From the NCBI RefSeq assembly GCF_009914755.1, contig NC_060925.1: a DNA stretch of 64,000 nt. One strand, written 5' to 3'. Source of the DNA: the human T2T-CHM13v2.0 reference genome, Homo sapiens. Positions 35,047 to 47,823 of this stretch are shown in pieces. A program made the translations under genes and the position numbers. The notes beneath the pieces are model-generated. The model was not told the origin of the DNA. It was given only the letters and a program-made list of their open reading frames with translations, and did not search any database. The stretch's first letter is position 1. Every line of letters begins with the position of its first letter.

Positions 35047-37699
35047 CACACTTCCTTCTACCTGTGGCTTCTGTCCCCCCACCTACTCCCTAGCCCCCAT
35101 TCCTGAGTGGCCCCTTGTAGAGCCGAGGGAAGGAAAATGGCCGGCAGAGGACTTCCTGGGCCCCAGACCTAAAGGCCTTTGCTTCTCTGTGTGCTCTTTG
35201 CCTTTGTGTGGGCTCCAGGCTCCTCTCGTCACATTTCCACTCAAGATCATGCCACCTCCAGAGCACTTGCCTCCTTCCCTTTTATTTGGTGCCTTGGTAG
35301 GTGCCTCCTAGCCTCTTTAGAATTAGGTTTGGAATAACAAAGTGCCCCCATTTCTGGCTACAGCCCAGAGCACAGCTCAACCTACTCTCCTCTCTGCACA
35401 AGACTTGGCTGTCCCCTTCCCACTCCCACTCCATCCCAGCCTGAGCTCTTGGCTCACAACTCCAGAAAACTCAAACCTGCCCTGGGTGCCCCAAGGACCC
35501 CTTTTTCCTCCTACCTATCGGGATATTGGCTGAGTGTCTGTCAGCAAGAAGTGCACTTTCTGGGCTTGGTCTTTGTGGGGAACTTCTATCTGATAAGGTC
35601 TCCTTTGTTCCCTCTTTGTTTTTCCTCCCAAGGTCCCCCAGGGGGCTTCACTGGGGGAGGGTTGATGCTGATGGCTACCTCTCCAGAAACTCCAAGGTCT
35701 AGCCCTGTGGGCGTGTCCCCTCTACCCTCAGACTCTGCGGAGGTTCCTAAAGGAGGCTGCAGAGGCATCCTTGCTGGAAGAGGCGGTTTGGTCACTTGGA
35801 GCTGGTGTTTCTGGTTTATCTGGCTTAGTTTTCATCAGATTTCCTTGTCCTCTCCATCAGAAACACCCAAACGTCCCCTATTTGCTCTGCGGCCACCTCT
35901 ACTCACTCTGCTCCCTCTTTCTTATGCTGGTTTACCTGTCAGGAGCCTGCTTTGGTTCCTGGAATGGAATGAGCTGGTAGCTGTGGAAGGACCATGCCCC
36001 AGGCGTTTTCCCTCGCCCCCTGGACAGATTCAGGTTCTTGTTTAGTCTCTTCCAAGAGCAGAGTCAGTTTACCTAGGGTCTTCTTGAGCCCCTTGAATCC
36101 CATCCAAAGTTTCCCTAGTTAAGAAGGGCCAACCATACCCCACAGGTTGCCTGGAAGAGTAGCCACTGCTCCTTGTACCCCAGGAAGGACAGTCAGGACC
36201 AGCCATCCTTGGTCCTGTGATAGAAGTGGCTTCTCAGTTCCTCTCCACTAGTGCTCTTTTCTCTCTTGTCACTGAGGGAGTATTGAGCCACTGAGGACTG
36301 GAGGAAGGGCCCCTGGAGCCTGTCACAAAATGCCTGTCTGCACTCATGCTCTCCCTGAAATGCCACAGATCAGACAAGCACCTTGCCCTGGTCATGAAGG
36401 CCCCGGGCAGGAAGAAGGTGGCTTCTGTGGCCTGGAGACCTTGCAGAAGGAGGTTGCTCTGAACCTGCCTACCCATCTTGAACTGCCCCTGAAGTATTGC
36501 TCCCCTGTGTTTTCAGGCTGTCCCTGTGTGCCTCAGGGTGTCTGGCCTCCTTTTCTTCCCAGACTGTGTGGAAGGCAAGGGGAAACTGAGGGGGATGTCA
36601 CCACCCAGCAAAAGATCTTTGCCAGGGAAATGACCTCCCTGAGGATGGGGAAGGAAACACTTATCCACCTTCCAGATCTTTATAACTTCACTTGGAATCT
36701 CTTCCTAAAGCTGAACCTGAATCTCACTTGCCCTAACCCAAGCGCTCCCCCGCCACTGTGAATACAGATCATACCCAGCTCAGTGAAAGGAGCTTCCTTT
36801 CACCTGTCCTGTCTCCTTCCAGGGAAGTCCTAACAACACCAGCACCATTGCCTGCTTTGTCTCACTGCCTGCTTAGCCATCTGTGATTTTTTATTTCAGC
36901 CTTTGGCCTGAAATTCTCTTTCTCCCTTCTTCATAGAAGTACTGTTTCCCATCTAAAATTGCTAAGCCTCTATTTCTCTCTGATCAGAGGTAGGGGCTGG
37001 AGGCAACATTGAGCCAGGGGAGGTGCCTGCTCCCTTTCTGTAGTTCCTGTGTCTATTCAGCCCTCATCAGGGGAGAGGGGGGCATGCTTGTACGAACTCC
37101 GCAGCCTGCACAGTGAAGGAGCTCGCCTCAGGAGCCCCCACTTTGATGGCTTTTTGTATTTGTGTTTGACTATGTCTCAGCATGAGCTTCTGCCCGAGTG
37201 TTCTGCTCATTAGAGTTTCTAGAAAGTTGTCCTTTCCTGACCACAGGCATCACTTCTGGGGTTGTTTTCTTGGGACCGAAGCTGAGATTGCAGATGGTAA
37301 TGGCTATGTGTGCTTTAGCTTGTTCCATTGGCGAAACATACCAATTAAACTTCAAATGAACCAATTCTTGTTTCTTTACAATGTACCTTGGCTTGAAGTT
37401 GGAGTTTTAGCCAGAATTTCCGTTGGCCTGTTACAACACATGCAAAAATGCTGGGTATTCTAGGGTGTTTTGCAGCAAATGCTGCTTCTCTGGATCCTGC
37501 TCCTTGACAGAGATTTTTTAAAAGTACAAATTCCTCCCCCGACCCCATACCATTGTAAGTATCATTGTGCCAATTGTTCTAGGTTTAGAAATCTGGGAAG
37601 CGCTTCTGCGATGGGCCGTGACCCTTACAAGATGTGTAATGTTTGAACAAAATAAAATGGACGAATGTTAGATATCTTCATGTGAAGTTCCTTCTAGGC

Positions 37700-37863
37700 A
37701 TACGCTGGACACATGCGCACACATGTATACACACATAGGTCACACATGCATATATGCATGTATACACAATACACCCCACACATGAATCCACACACCCACA
37801 CATGCACACACGTACACACACATAACATGCACACACTTATGTTATGTGTGTGTACATGTGTGT
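37700..37863. repeat. Degenerate (CA/TA/TG) alternating purine-pyrimidine tract ending in an inverted repeat
   Basis: acacatgcgcacacatgtatacacac...atgtgtgtgtacatgtgtgt. Confidence 0.85.
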
Positions 37864-38159
37864 CCTTGCAGCTGTGCTGTGTCAGGAGCCCAGCCTGGCA
37901 TCTACCTGGTGTGCGATCTTGGACAAGTCGCTGCCTCTCTTTGGGTCTCTGCAGCTGTCAGAGGTTGGATTAGATCATCTCCAAAGTGCTTTGCAATGGG
38001 AACACTCTTTGGAAATAGATTTTATAACTCTCTAGCTCTGCAAACCATTTGCCCAGACCGCCAGCAGCTGTTCTGCCAAAAAGCTCTTCCCCTTAAGGCA
38101 TGCCACTCATCGTGTCTCTCTCGTAAACATCCTAACATATTAAAAAGTCTTCTCATCCA

Positions 38160-38335
38160 CTCTTCTCAAACTTGGCTACATATTGGAATCACCTGGAAAT
38201 TTAAAACAACACAAATGCGTGAGTCCCACCCCCAGAGATTCTGACTTAGTGAGTATGAAGGATGGCACGGGCATCAGGACTTCAGAAACTCCCAGGTGAT
38301 TCTCATGTGTAGCCAAGTTGGAGAACCACTGTTCT
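38160..38335. mobile_element. MER5-family element
   Basis: ttctcaaacttggctacatattggaatcacctgg ... ccaggtgattctcatgtgtagccaagttggagaa (long inverted ends). Confidence 0.8.
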
Positions 38336-39466
38336 AGTCCCTGTCCTTCACTCACACAGATCCAGCATGGGGGAGCACCCCTATACAATGACATACACCC
38401 ATGTCTTTCTCTCATACACACACACACACGCACACTTAATGTAGTAGTTGCTGGCGAGAGCCTTTGACTCTGAACCCCACCTGAACCCATCAACCCTTGC
38501 CCACTCTAACCCACCACCCTGCCCCCTCACGCCCATCCTGTCCCCACAGGATGCTCCCATGCTCTGCCCAGTCCTCAGGCTTGGTGGTGGCCATGAACAG
38601 ATCTGCTGAAAGAGCAGCAGGATTGTGGCAGAGCTAGGTCTGAACGCGTCCCAGCAGAGCCTGAGGGAGTCACATGGGCTGGAGAGGGAGAAGAGAGAAC
38701 ACAGGCCACAGCAACCCAGTTTGTTTCAGCATTTCTGTTCAGTACGTACACCCAGGAAAAGGTCAAGAGCCACACCAAAGTGCCCGGTGAGGCTGTGCTG
38801 AACTCCTTGCCCTCCCCATCTCCTAGAAGCTGCCAAGTTGGGGAGGCATGTCCACGGTGCTCCCAGCAGCCCAGCAGAGGGGGCAGGAGGCTGGCCAGCC
38901 CAGTCCTCCCTCCAGGAGCTGGAACCATCCCGCAGACACAGTCCACTCCTGCCCACTCCAAAACACCTCTGAGGGTATTCTCTCAGCAGTAGCTTCCTGG
39001 CAGTTCTTGTTATCTCATTTAAATTCCTATTGCTGTGGGCCTAGCTTTTCTGGGCACCATGGGTGAAAGAGATTTCAGAGGGTGAAGTAAAGGCATTTTC
39101 AAGACTAAAAGAAAATGAGCTTCCTTTCTCAAGCTTTTCATGCTGAAGGACAGGTGGGCTTTATTCAAATGTAGAATATGCTAGAAGAAGCATCGGCCTT
39201 AAGGGAGACAGAGTAAGCAAGAATGTGTTCCGAGCAGCTTGCCCTGTGACGAAGGAGAAGGATTTGAGGGGAGGGAAAGTGGAAAAAGCGGATTTCCCTA
39301 TGACCTCTGTCTGCAGGAAGGCTGATGTCCTGAGAGCCTTCTCTATGTAGAACCTGGGCCTGGGATTGGGGGTGTGGAGTGTGGATCTACCAAAGGTGAA
39401 GATTCCTTGCTTCAGGGAGCTCCCAGCTTGGTTGGGGAGACCCAGGCCCTACCTTCTGGGAGGAGT

Positions 39467-39467
<1 letters not shown>

Positions 39468-39503
<36 letters not shown>
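39468..39503. repeat. (CA)~18 microsatellite, PKP1 intron 1
   Basis: Pure CA run. Confidence 0.97.
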
Positions 39504-39505
<2 letters not shown>

Positions 39506-42500
39506 GTACAGAAGCCACATTCCAAGGAGCCCACAAGCCAGTGCAGAGTCAGCCGCTGGATTGAGTGCTGACATGGTTATGCTGGCAAGTTTGGAGTGCT
39601 CAGAGCTGGGTGCGGTCATCTTTAGGAGAAGCTGATTTTTGTGCAAGGTTTTGAATGCAGGGGGAGGGTTGGAGAAGAAGAGAAAGAATGTTTCAGGTGC
39701 AGTAAGTGTGACCTATTTGAAAGCTTGGAGGTGGAAGAGGATGAGTCATCCCTGCAAAGGCTCACCTGCCCCTACTGGAGAGAGATTTCCACTCATCCTA
39801 AAGAAGGAGCTGCCTCCAGTTTCAAAGGTTTTGAGGCGAGAAAGCTTGAGTTGCACCGATGACACAAGAAAGAATCAGCCTGTCGTTGTCTAAGGCACCA
39901 AAGGGAAGCAGTGTGCCAGGACACTGGTGACCTGAGCGGTAGATTTTCTGAGATGGTTTTACACCCTAAAACGCGGATGTAAAATCAGACGAGCTATGTG
40001 GACAGAGCAGGTTGTGTTGCTTGTATACCTGGGAAAGTGGCAGATGCTCTGAGGCACTTGCTCCTTGACCTTGGGGTTCTGTGGGTGGGCAGATGCTTCC
40101 TGAGGATGGCACACAGGTTGGGCACACTGTCAGTGTCACCGAGAAGCCACCACATCCCTGCTCATGCTGCATGCACCCATATGGGGAGAAGAGGGGCAAA
40201 GCAGATGCTTAGCTGGAGGGTAGGAGTGATTCTGTGGGGTGAGCTGGGAACTAGCCCCTCCCCCATTCCCCAGGAACTAAGAATCCTCCTCAAGGAGGTG
40301 GCCTTGGGTATTTGAGAGCTGCAGCAGCCCTCCTCTCTTCCTGGTTTACCCCACTCACCAGGGACCTCTTTGAGTGGGAGGAGAGCCTGACCCCATTCTA
40401 AGCCTCTAAGCACCAGGCATCAGAGCACGTTCACCACAAGGGTTGGGCAAGGGAGAAGAGGTCATTGACGCAAAGAGCCAGCTCAAGCCAGTCAGGCCCA
40501 GACCCAGCTGGGGCAATGCCCTGAACTCAAGGTCCCAGGGAAAGAAAGACATGGTTCGCACTTCAGAGAGTGTCCAAAGTACATGGTGGTGGAGACTTGT
40601 ACGGGCGTGAGATGGAGATGGGAGTAGGCGTCATTCATCAGGAAAGGCTTCCTAGAAGTGCATTCTAGAGACATCGGGGACCAAGTGGAAGAGTGAGCTA
40701 GCACCATTACACTCATTAGAAGCCCATGCTCTTGCTATTGAACTTGACTTTTAGAGGGCATTACTTACCAGTCAGACACCCCAGGGTCAAGAGAGGGAAA
40801 ATCACTTTTGTTGTGGGAGCAGTGCTCTTACAGACAGAGCACACCTGCCCCCAGTACTCCTTGGTTATCTGGCACACTGCGAGCTGTGATTTCAGGTGTG
40901 TGACAACTATGGACTTTTCCCCTCTCTCACCACCTCCGCCCCAAATACTGTCACCTTCTGCCAGATTAGCAGTGCAGGCAGGTGTGATGTTACCCTCATT
41001 CTCACCAGAGCCAAGCAGACCCCAACTACAGATAGGTCTTAGGAGATGCCTTCAGGAACTGCCTGGAAGGGCCTGCAGGCCACAAGTGAGTGACAGTCAC
41101 ACCTGCCTTTACCAGAGTTCATGCTGGACATGGGGACTGGCTTTGGGAACTGTAGGGCATTCTGGCCTCTCCCTCCATGTGTCTGTGTGTCCACTGCCAC
41201 CTCCATGGCAGAGAGGCCTCTACCTTCATACAGAGAAGAGTGTATGAGAGGGAGGCAGGCAGGTGCAGGGTGTGGCGGGAGGAGATGGTTCGTCTGATGA
41301 CCCATGGGGAGAGCAGCATCATGCTGACAGGTTCTCTCCCAGAAGACGGGCAAGAAGGCCCTGGTGCAAGCCCCCCGGGGCTGCTTCTCATAGCAGGAGG
41401 CCTCCCCGGTGCTCCATAAAGTTCTGTCTGTCACCACCCCAAATTTTCCACCCAGAAGCAGCTGACTGACCCACACCTGACCTTTGGTGAGAAATACCTG
41501 CTCACAGGGCCAGATCCAAATGAACTCTATCCTATCAAACCTTGGAAGAATGATCAAAGTGGGCTGGGTGGAAGGGAGGCAGACAAGACCTGGTGGTTGG
41601 CCACCTAGGGTCCTGACTATGAGTGTGCCTGGCTGCAGCCCCCTTCCTTGGGAGCACCAGTCCTGAGTGACTGAGCCCATGAGATTGCCTCCAGCCTCTT
41701 CCTGATAAGGACAGTCTTGCCAGAGGAGCGGTTGCTGGAGAAAGGTGGAGGAAGAGCTGTGTGCACTCTACAGGGAGCTTGGAGGAAGCCAGAGGTTCAA
41801 TGGGCCACATGGCAGAGTCCCAGGATGTTGCTCATAGGCGGATGGCCCTTCTGGAGTCAGGGCTAGGCCTGGAGTATAGGGGAGGCCTCTCAGAGGACCC
41901 TGAGGCAGGTGGCAAACGAGGCGGTAGTGTGGCCTTTGATGTCTGCCCTTCTTCCTTGTAAGCTGAGCTGTGTCTCTGGAGAGGAGGAGTCGGCTCCTCT
42001 GAACGCAGTCAGGCACGTGTCACTATCATCACACCACCACAGGGCAGTGGAACTGTACGGGGCCTATGGGAGGTAAGAGGCCAACCCTCTCTTTTGACAG
42101 AAGAGGACACTGAGGCTCAGAGAGAGCAAGTGACTTGCCCAGGTGCCAGAACCAGGACAAATATCAACACCGCTAGGCCCCCAGGGCAAGCTGTGTCTGC
42201 CACAGCTTGAGACCCCTAATGTCCATGATGGAAGGGTGCAGAGAGTTGGGCAGCACTCTCTGCTGTGGGCTATGGGTGGTGACCTGGCGCTGGACAGGGG
42301 AGGTGGCACGAGGTGGGGATCCCTGCCTCATTCCAAAGCTGCCCCTTGGCTATTCCCTCTACTCCCAGCTCAGATATTCCAGCCCTGCTCCCCCAGGCAA
42401 TGGCCGGGGAGCCTAAGTGGGTGTGGCAGATGGGGAGGAGCTACCTTGGCCGGGTGAGATCACTGCCCAACTCTCTTCCCCACAGACAGGGTTTCCGATG

Positions 42501-43718
42501 GGGGAGTCTGACCATCGCTTTAGAGAAAAGGAGTGCATATCCCTCTTAGGAGGCTCTCACTGGATCCCACTCACCTTCATCCCCCAAGGCCATCACTTAA
42601 CAAGAGTGTGGGCCAGGCCACGGAGCCATGGCTTGCTCTTCGTGGAGCTCCCAGTATAGCTGAGGGAATGGGACGCAGGGCAGAATGAGACTTGGGCTAC
42701 CAAGAGCAGGACAGTATGTGTTTAGAGGCAGGAGAGATTGCCTTGTGCAGAACTGATCAGAAAGGGCTTCCTGGAGTGGGTGAGGTCTTGAGCTTGGCTT
42801 CAAAAGATGAGCAAGATTAGAAGGTAGTGGCCGAGGAGGGAAGGCAGGTTTGGCATGGAGGGAGATGTGAGTAAAGTGGTGAGCCTGTCACCATTGGCCA
42901 TATTTCAAGGACAGCAGGACAGTGAACAGACCAGCTTGTGCAGAGTTGATGCTATCCCTTAGGGTGTCCCTGCTGGCCAGTGAAAGGGAGATGAGGGGGG
43001 TGGCCCCACTAGGAGCCCCAAATCCAGTTCTGTTTTCTGTGATGCAAAGCCACTTTGCCACTAATAACCCTAATGACACTCTGTCCTCCTGCGGAGCCTG
43101 TCATTTGTGGGTCTCCAAGCACTCCGAAAACATTAATTAATCCTCACTGGGCCTTTGAGGTTGATCGCCGCTCCCCCTTCACCAGCCAGAGCATGTTAGA
43201 GGTGAAAGAATGGGAGGAAGTTTGGTCACTGGTAGGGGCTGGGCTGAGATTTGAATCCAGAGTCCTGTCCTGAATCAATCTCTAATCAGCTGTTGCTGCT
43301 GGACTGGGAATGTCGGAATCCTGCCTGTCTCCCCTGAGTGGGAATCTTATCCTTGTGGAACATGGAGTGATGATTCCCTGGGCTGGAATGGCCGTGCTCC
43401 AAGGCCCTCCAGACCAAGTCCTGACCTGTAGGTGTTAACCTACCCAAGCAGCAGTGGAGCCACTGGGCTCCCAGGAAGGGGACAGATGAGAGTTTTAGAG
43501 CTGTCCCTGCAGGAGTCTGTGGTAGCCCTTCCCTTGGTCCCGGCTGTGGAGGATGTGGAGATAGATGGAGATGACATTCCCCACCTTCTCCTCCAGGAGC
43601 TCAGACCTGGTCTCCTCCATGGGCATAGTGGACCTGGATGCAGAAGTGATGCCCTGAGGAACAGGGGTGGATGAAGATCATGGCCATCCCTGTCCTAATC
43701 CCCTCCTTTCTCCTCTAG

Positions 43719-43822
43719 GTTCCATGTATGATGGCTTGGCTGACAATTACAACTATGGGACCACCAGCAGGAGCAGCTACTACTCCAAGTTCCAGGCAGG
43801 GAATGGCTCATGGGGATATCCG
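43719..43822 (+). CDS. PKP1: Plakophilin-1 coding exon 2 (104 nt; GSMYDGLADNYNYGTTSRSSYYSKFQAGNGSWGYP)
   Basis: Acceptor ctcctttctcctctag|GT; donor CCG|GTAAGG. Phase 1 in, phase 0 out; joins exon 1 in frame. Confidence 0.97.
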
Positions 43823-45409
43823 GTAAGGAACTGCTTCCATCCTAAAAGACCTGGAGTACTTGTGGGGATGGTTTGAGGTTTATAGTGGAGAAAACCGGCA
43901 CCAGTTGCTAAAAAGAGTGATGTAGGCTTTGGTCCGTGAGTTGAGGCTCATCAACTCTGACTAGGTCTGTTGACTTGGCCATTGTTTCATAGGTGGCTCT
44001 CGTTTGGGCTGACTGGATATTTTTGAATGTCTCAAATGATAATATTTTAGGAAAAGCATTTTTAAAAGGCATTTAAAAACAAGTCCATTTCCCAGTAGGT
44101 CTGATTTGATCATGGATTTGGGAAATGTTTGCATTCTTGAGGTCTATTAATGGACCAGTTTAGATGTTTCTAGGAAAATCCTAAAGGGTCATCTCTGTTC
44201 GTTCTGTGCCTATGGTCAAAGAGCCAAGAGAACATGTCCACTGCATTGACTCCTGCATATGACACTGCATGCTAGAGTGGAGCCTCCCTGACAACCCGAC
44301 ACATTTGGGTTCAAATTTTAACTCTGCTACTCACTGAGATGTGGCTTTGGGCAAGTTACTTCAAACTTTGGGACTCAGCTTCTTCACATGGAAAGTGGAT
44401 ATAACAAAGAACTTCTGGGGTCATTTTCAGGATTAAATGAACTAATGTACATGAAAAAAGATTACAATAATTCTTAAGATTATTTGTTAAATTAACATGG
44501 ATAGAGGTTATTTTAGATCCTGTAATCCTGGCTCTGTCTGCTTTCTAAGTGATCTCAATCCACTATACTTCATCTATCCATTTACTGAACAAATATTTAT
44601 TGAGCCCTAATTCTGTGACAAGCACTGCAGTAGATGCTCAGGATACAACCACACCAGCCAGTGCAGGAATTTTCTGCTGCTCTAAAGTCAGGAGTACCGG
44701 GCTAGATGACACCCAAGGTTTCTCCTAGCCTCCAAATTCTATGACTTTCATTTACTTTCGCTGATGCAACATTAGCCTGCATTATTCTTGGGAATTCTTT
44801 TGTAAGGCCCTCAAGACATTGTCAGATGGGGATTAAAGGCTGCTTCTCTGTGGGAATCTGGGGTTCTGTCTTGGTGGGGCCTTAGGATGCAGCAGCATTT
44901 GCTTTAAGACACAGATGTCTCACAGATATCACTCCTGATTGACTGTCAAAGGTCCTGGGTCCTGGGGAGAGGAGAGGGTGAGGAGTTTATAAGTTTGGTG
45001 TTCTTTTGTCATTTGCTTGATTCTTCCATTCCTGAGTTCTTTTGGGGGCTAATTTTGGAGGCTATGTCTTTCTTACATATTACAGCTTGGGGATGAAAGG
45101 AGACAATTAACTAGATTTGCTGTGAATTTACTTCCCTCGCTTTTTTCCTGATTCTTGATGGCAAATGACACTCTTAGTGCAAAATAAACCCAGCACACTG
45201 AGCCCGGTAAACTGACAGATCAAGCACAGATGTGAATAAAAGGGCTTTTACACAAAGGGTGATGACCAAATTGAGAAAATGGCTTAGGAATGCAGCATAA
45301 AGGGATTAGATGAAACCCAAGGAAGGCAGATCACTGCACCAGCAGCCGGAATGGATGATTATGCTGACAGTACAGATGGTACGTGTCTTTACTTAAATGA
45401 CATTACCAG

Positions 45410-45600
45410 TTCAGAGCTTAGGAGGCTTAGGTTCTAGTCCTAGTTCTGCCCCTCTCTGGCTCTGTGACTTTAGATAGTTTAATTTCTCTGGGCCTCAGTT
45501 TTCTCATCCATAAAAAGGGAATGATGATACTCGTGTGTCTACTTCACTCATGGGTTGATATCAGATGACATTAACTGTGAAGTATTATCAAATGGGTAAT
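45410..45600 (+). mobile_element. MIR
   Basis: ggttctagtcctagttctgcc...ctgtgactt...tctctgggcctcagttttctcatccataaaaaggg. Confidence 0.7.
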
Positions 45601-47690
45601 GTAACCATGGAAATTTGTAACCAAGAACTGTAAAGGAACTCTTTCGGGGAAGGTGTTTCTAAAGAAAAAAAAAAATCTTCATTTGGCCCATGTTGAACAT
45701 TTCACTTCTGGTTAATTAACTCAGTCCTCAGTCATCTCACTAGCTTTTAATGCTCCCAAACTGTCCTCACCCCTCCCTGTGCCCATTTCCTGACAACCAG
45801 TGAACATCTCTTTCCTTCTCCCCACCCTAAGACCCAACCCTCCTTACTCCCTCGCTGGCAGGACTGCAGACATGACTCATGGCAGGGTAGCTGCTGAGGC
45901 ACGTCCCATCTCCTTTCAGTTCAGGAGAGGCTGTGGGAAGAGGGAAGAACTGAGCACACATGAAGATTTGGCAGAGGGAGGAGGCCAAGTAGGGAGGAAG
46001 TGGAATAATTGATATTGGAGCCAGACATATAATCAGATGAAACCTGGGCAAAACCAAACGAGGTCCAGACATAAGGAGAAGGAGAGCAGGCGAAAAGGCA
46101 ATAGAGATCTGTGGCATGAGATAATCCTATGTCCGTGGGATTTTCCCATGGATGGTACAACTGGCACAGGACGATGTTATTCCTCCCCTCTGGTGAAACC
46201 AATATGGCAGCAGAAGGCAGGGAGGGTGGGGAGGAGGGTGTAGTTTGTCTGCACAAGCATCATCAGCATATTTTCAGGAGCTTCTGAGAGCTGATGAAGG
46301 ATCATTTGCTGCAGATACTTTATATTCACTCGGTCAGCCAACTTGTATTGAGCAATTGCTGGGGCACAGCAGTGAGTGAGGTGCGCTACAGAAACACAGT
46401 TGAAAAGAATCTGACTTCGCCCTCAATGAACCTGCAGTCAAGTTAGAAGCACAGAGGTCAACAGACAAATAAGATAAAGGCATTAGTTTCTGTACTGGAG
46501 CATAACACCAATACTGCCATTGCTCAGAATGTTTCTAGAACCCCTAAAAGTTCAGAACTGTCTTCAGCATCATTTCAGGAGCCAGACAAGAAAACCAGTC
46601 TCATTTCTTTATTGTCATGACCTGGGTTTGACCAGAAACAATATTACTCACTTGGAGCACCTCACTCCTCAGATCTGGCTCTAGTTCTAAATATCAAACC
46701 ATTCTCAAATAGCAAAGCTTTGTCACCTCCTATACATATCTCATTTAAATATGTAAAGGATCTGTAGGCAATTCCAAAAAGAAGGCTCTAAAAATATTTA
46801 AAAAGCAATGGTCGTACCTTATAGTTTTACCTTATAGTCTATATCAATAATAGCCTTGTAATTAAAAAACAATCATCATACTATTTATAATCTATGATTA
46901 TTCACATCACAAATTGAATGTAGAGAGACTTTCTTATAATAAAATAAAACTTAAAACAAAGATAGTGTGACACACAAAAAGCATCTAGGGGCTTAAGGAA
47001 AATAAAAGACTGCTCCAAAGAAAGTCATTGGCCCAGTCCATGTTCTGCTCTCTGCTGGCCACCCCAGCCTCCTCCTCCTTCAAGCAGAAGGATCTGCTGG
47101 AGGACAATGTTGGAACCTCAGAGCCCCACAGACCTCAGGGAGAGGAAGCAGCTGGTGAGATGGAGCAAAAGATGGGGCAGGTTTTAGCCTCGCTGCCTGG
47201 TTTCTCAGCTGCATACTCAGCTATGCTCTTCTGGTTCTCAGCACCAAACCTGTAGAATATTAGAGCCCAACACTGTTTGCATTTTACAGTTGAGGAAACG
47301 CAGGCCCAGAGAAGAGAAATTACTCCTTGAAGGCCACACAGCTGGTTACTGGTACAGCGGACTAGATCTCTGACCTCGTAACTCCTAACCTAGTGGAGTT
47401 TGTTTTCATTACCCCAGACATTTGCACTTCTTATGACTGCCATTCTGTGGGTTTCCACAATCTCAATATTTGAACGTTACAACTAAACACTAAACACTAA
47501 AGTTTAGGGATCTGCAAGACACTCATGAGTCTGAATCCCTCCATTTCCTCCCTTCCCATCCCCTCCAACCAGGCCTACTCTCACCATGGGGAGTCAGCCT
47601 AGCTCAAAAGAGGCAGGAGAGAAGCTCTGTTTTTCCCTTCCTAGACTGAGGCTGGGTTCACTTGGGTATAAGCATTAATGGGTTTCAGGG

Positions 47691-47823
47691 CAGGGTTACC
47701 AGATAAAATACAACAAAATACGATAATTGAGACATGTCTTAACTTAGAAATTATTTGCTGTTTATGTAAAATTCAAATATAACTACATGCCCCGTCTATC
47801 TATTTGTTAAATCTGGCAACCCT
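47691..47823. mobile_element. MER53-like hAT MITE, internally deleted
   Basis: Terminal inverted repeats cagggttaccagat ... atctggcaaccct. Confidence 0.7.

Noticed and set aside
45255-45370. C/D-box snoRNA-like GTGATGA...CTGA in intron 2
   Set aside because: No terminal stem and no recognisable rRNA/snRNA guide; such motifs occur by chance.
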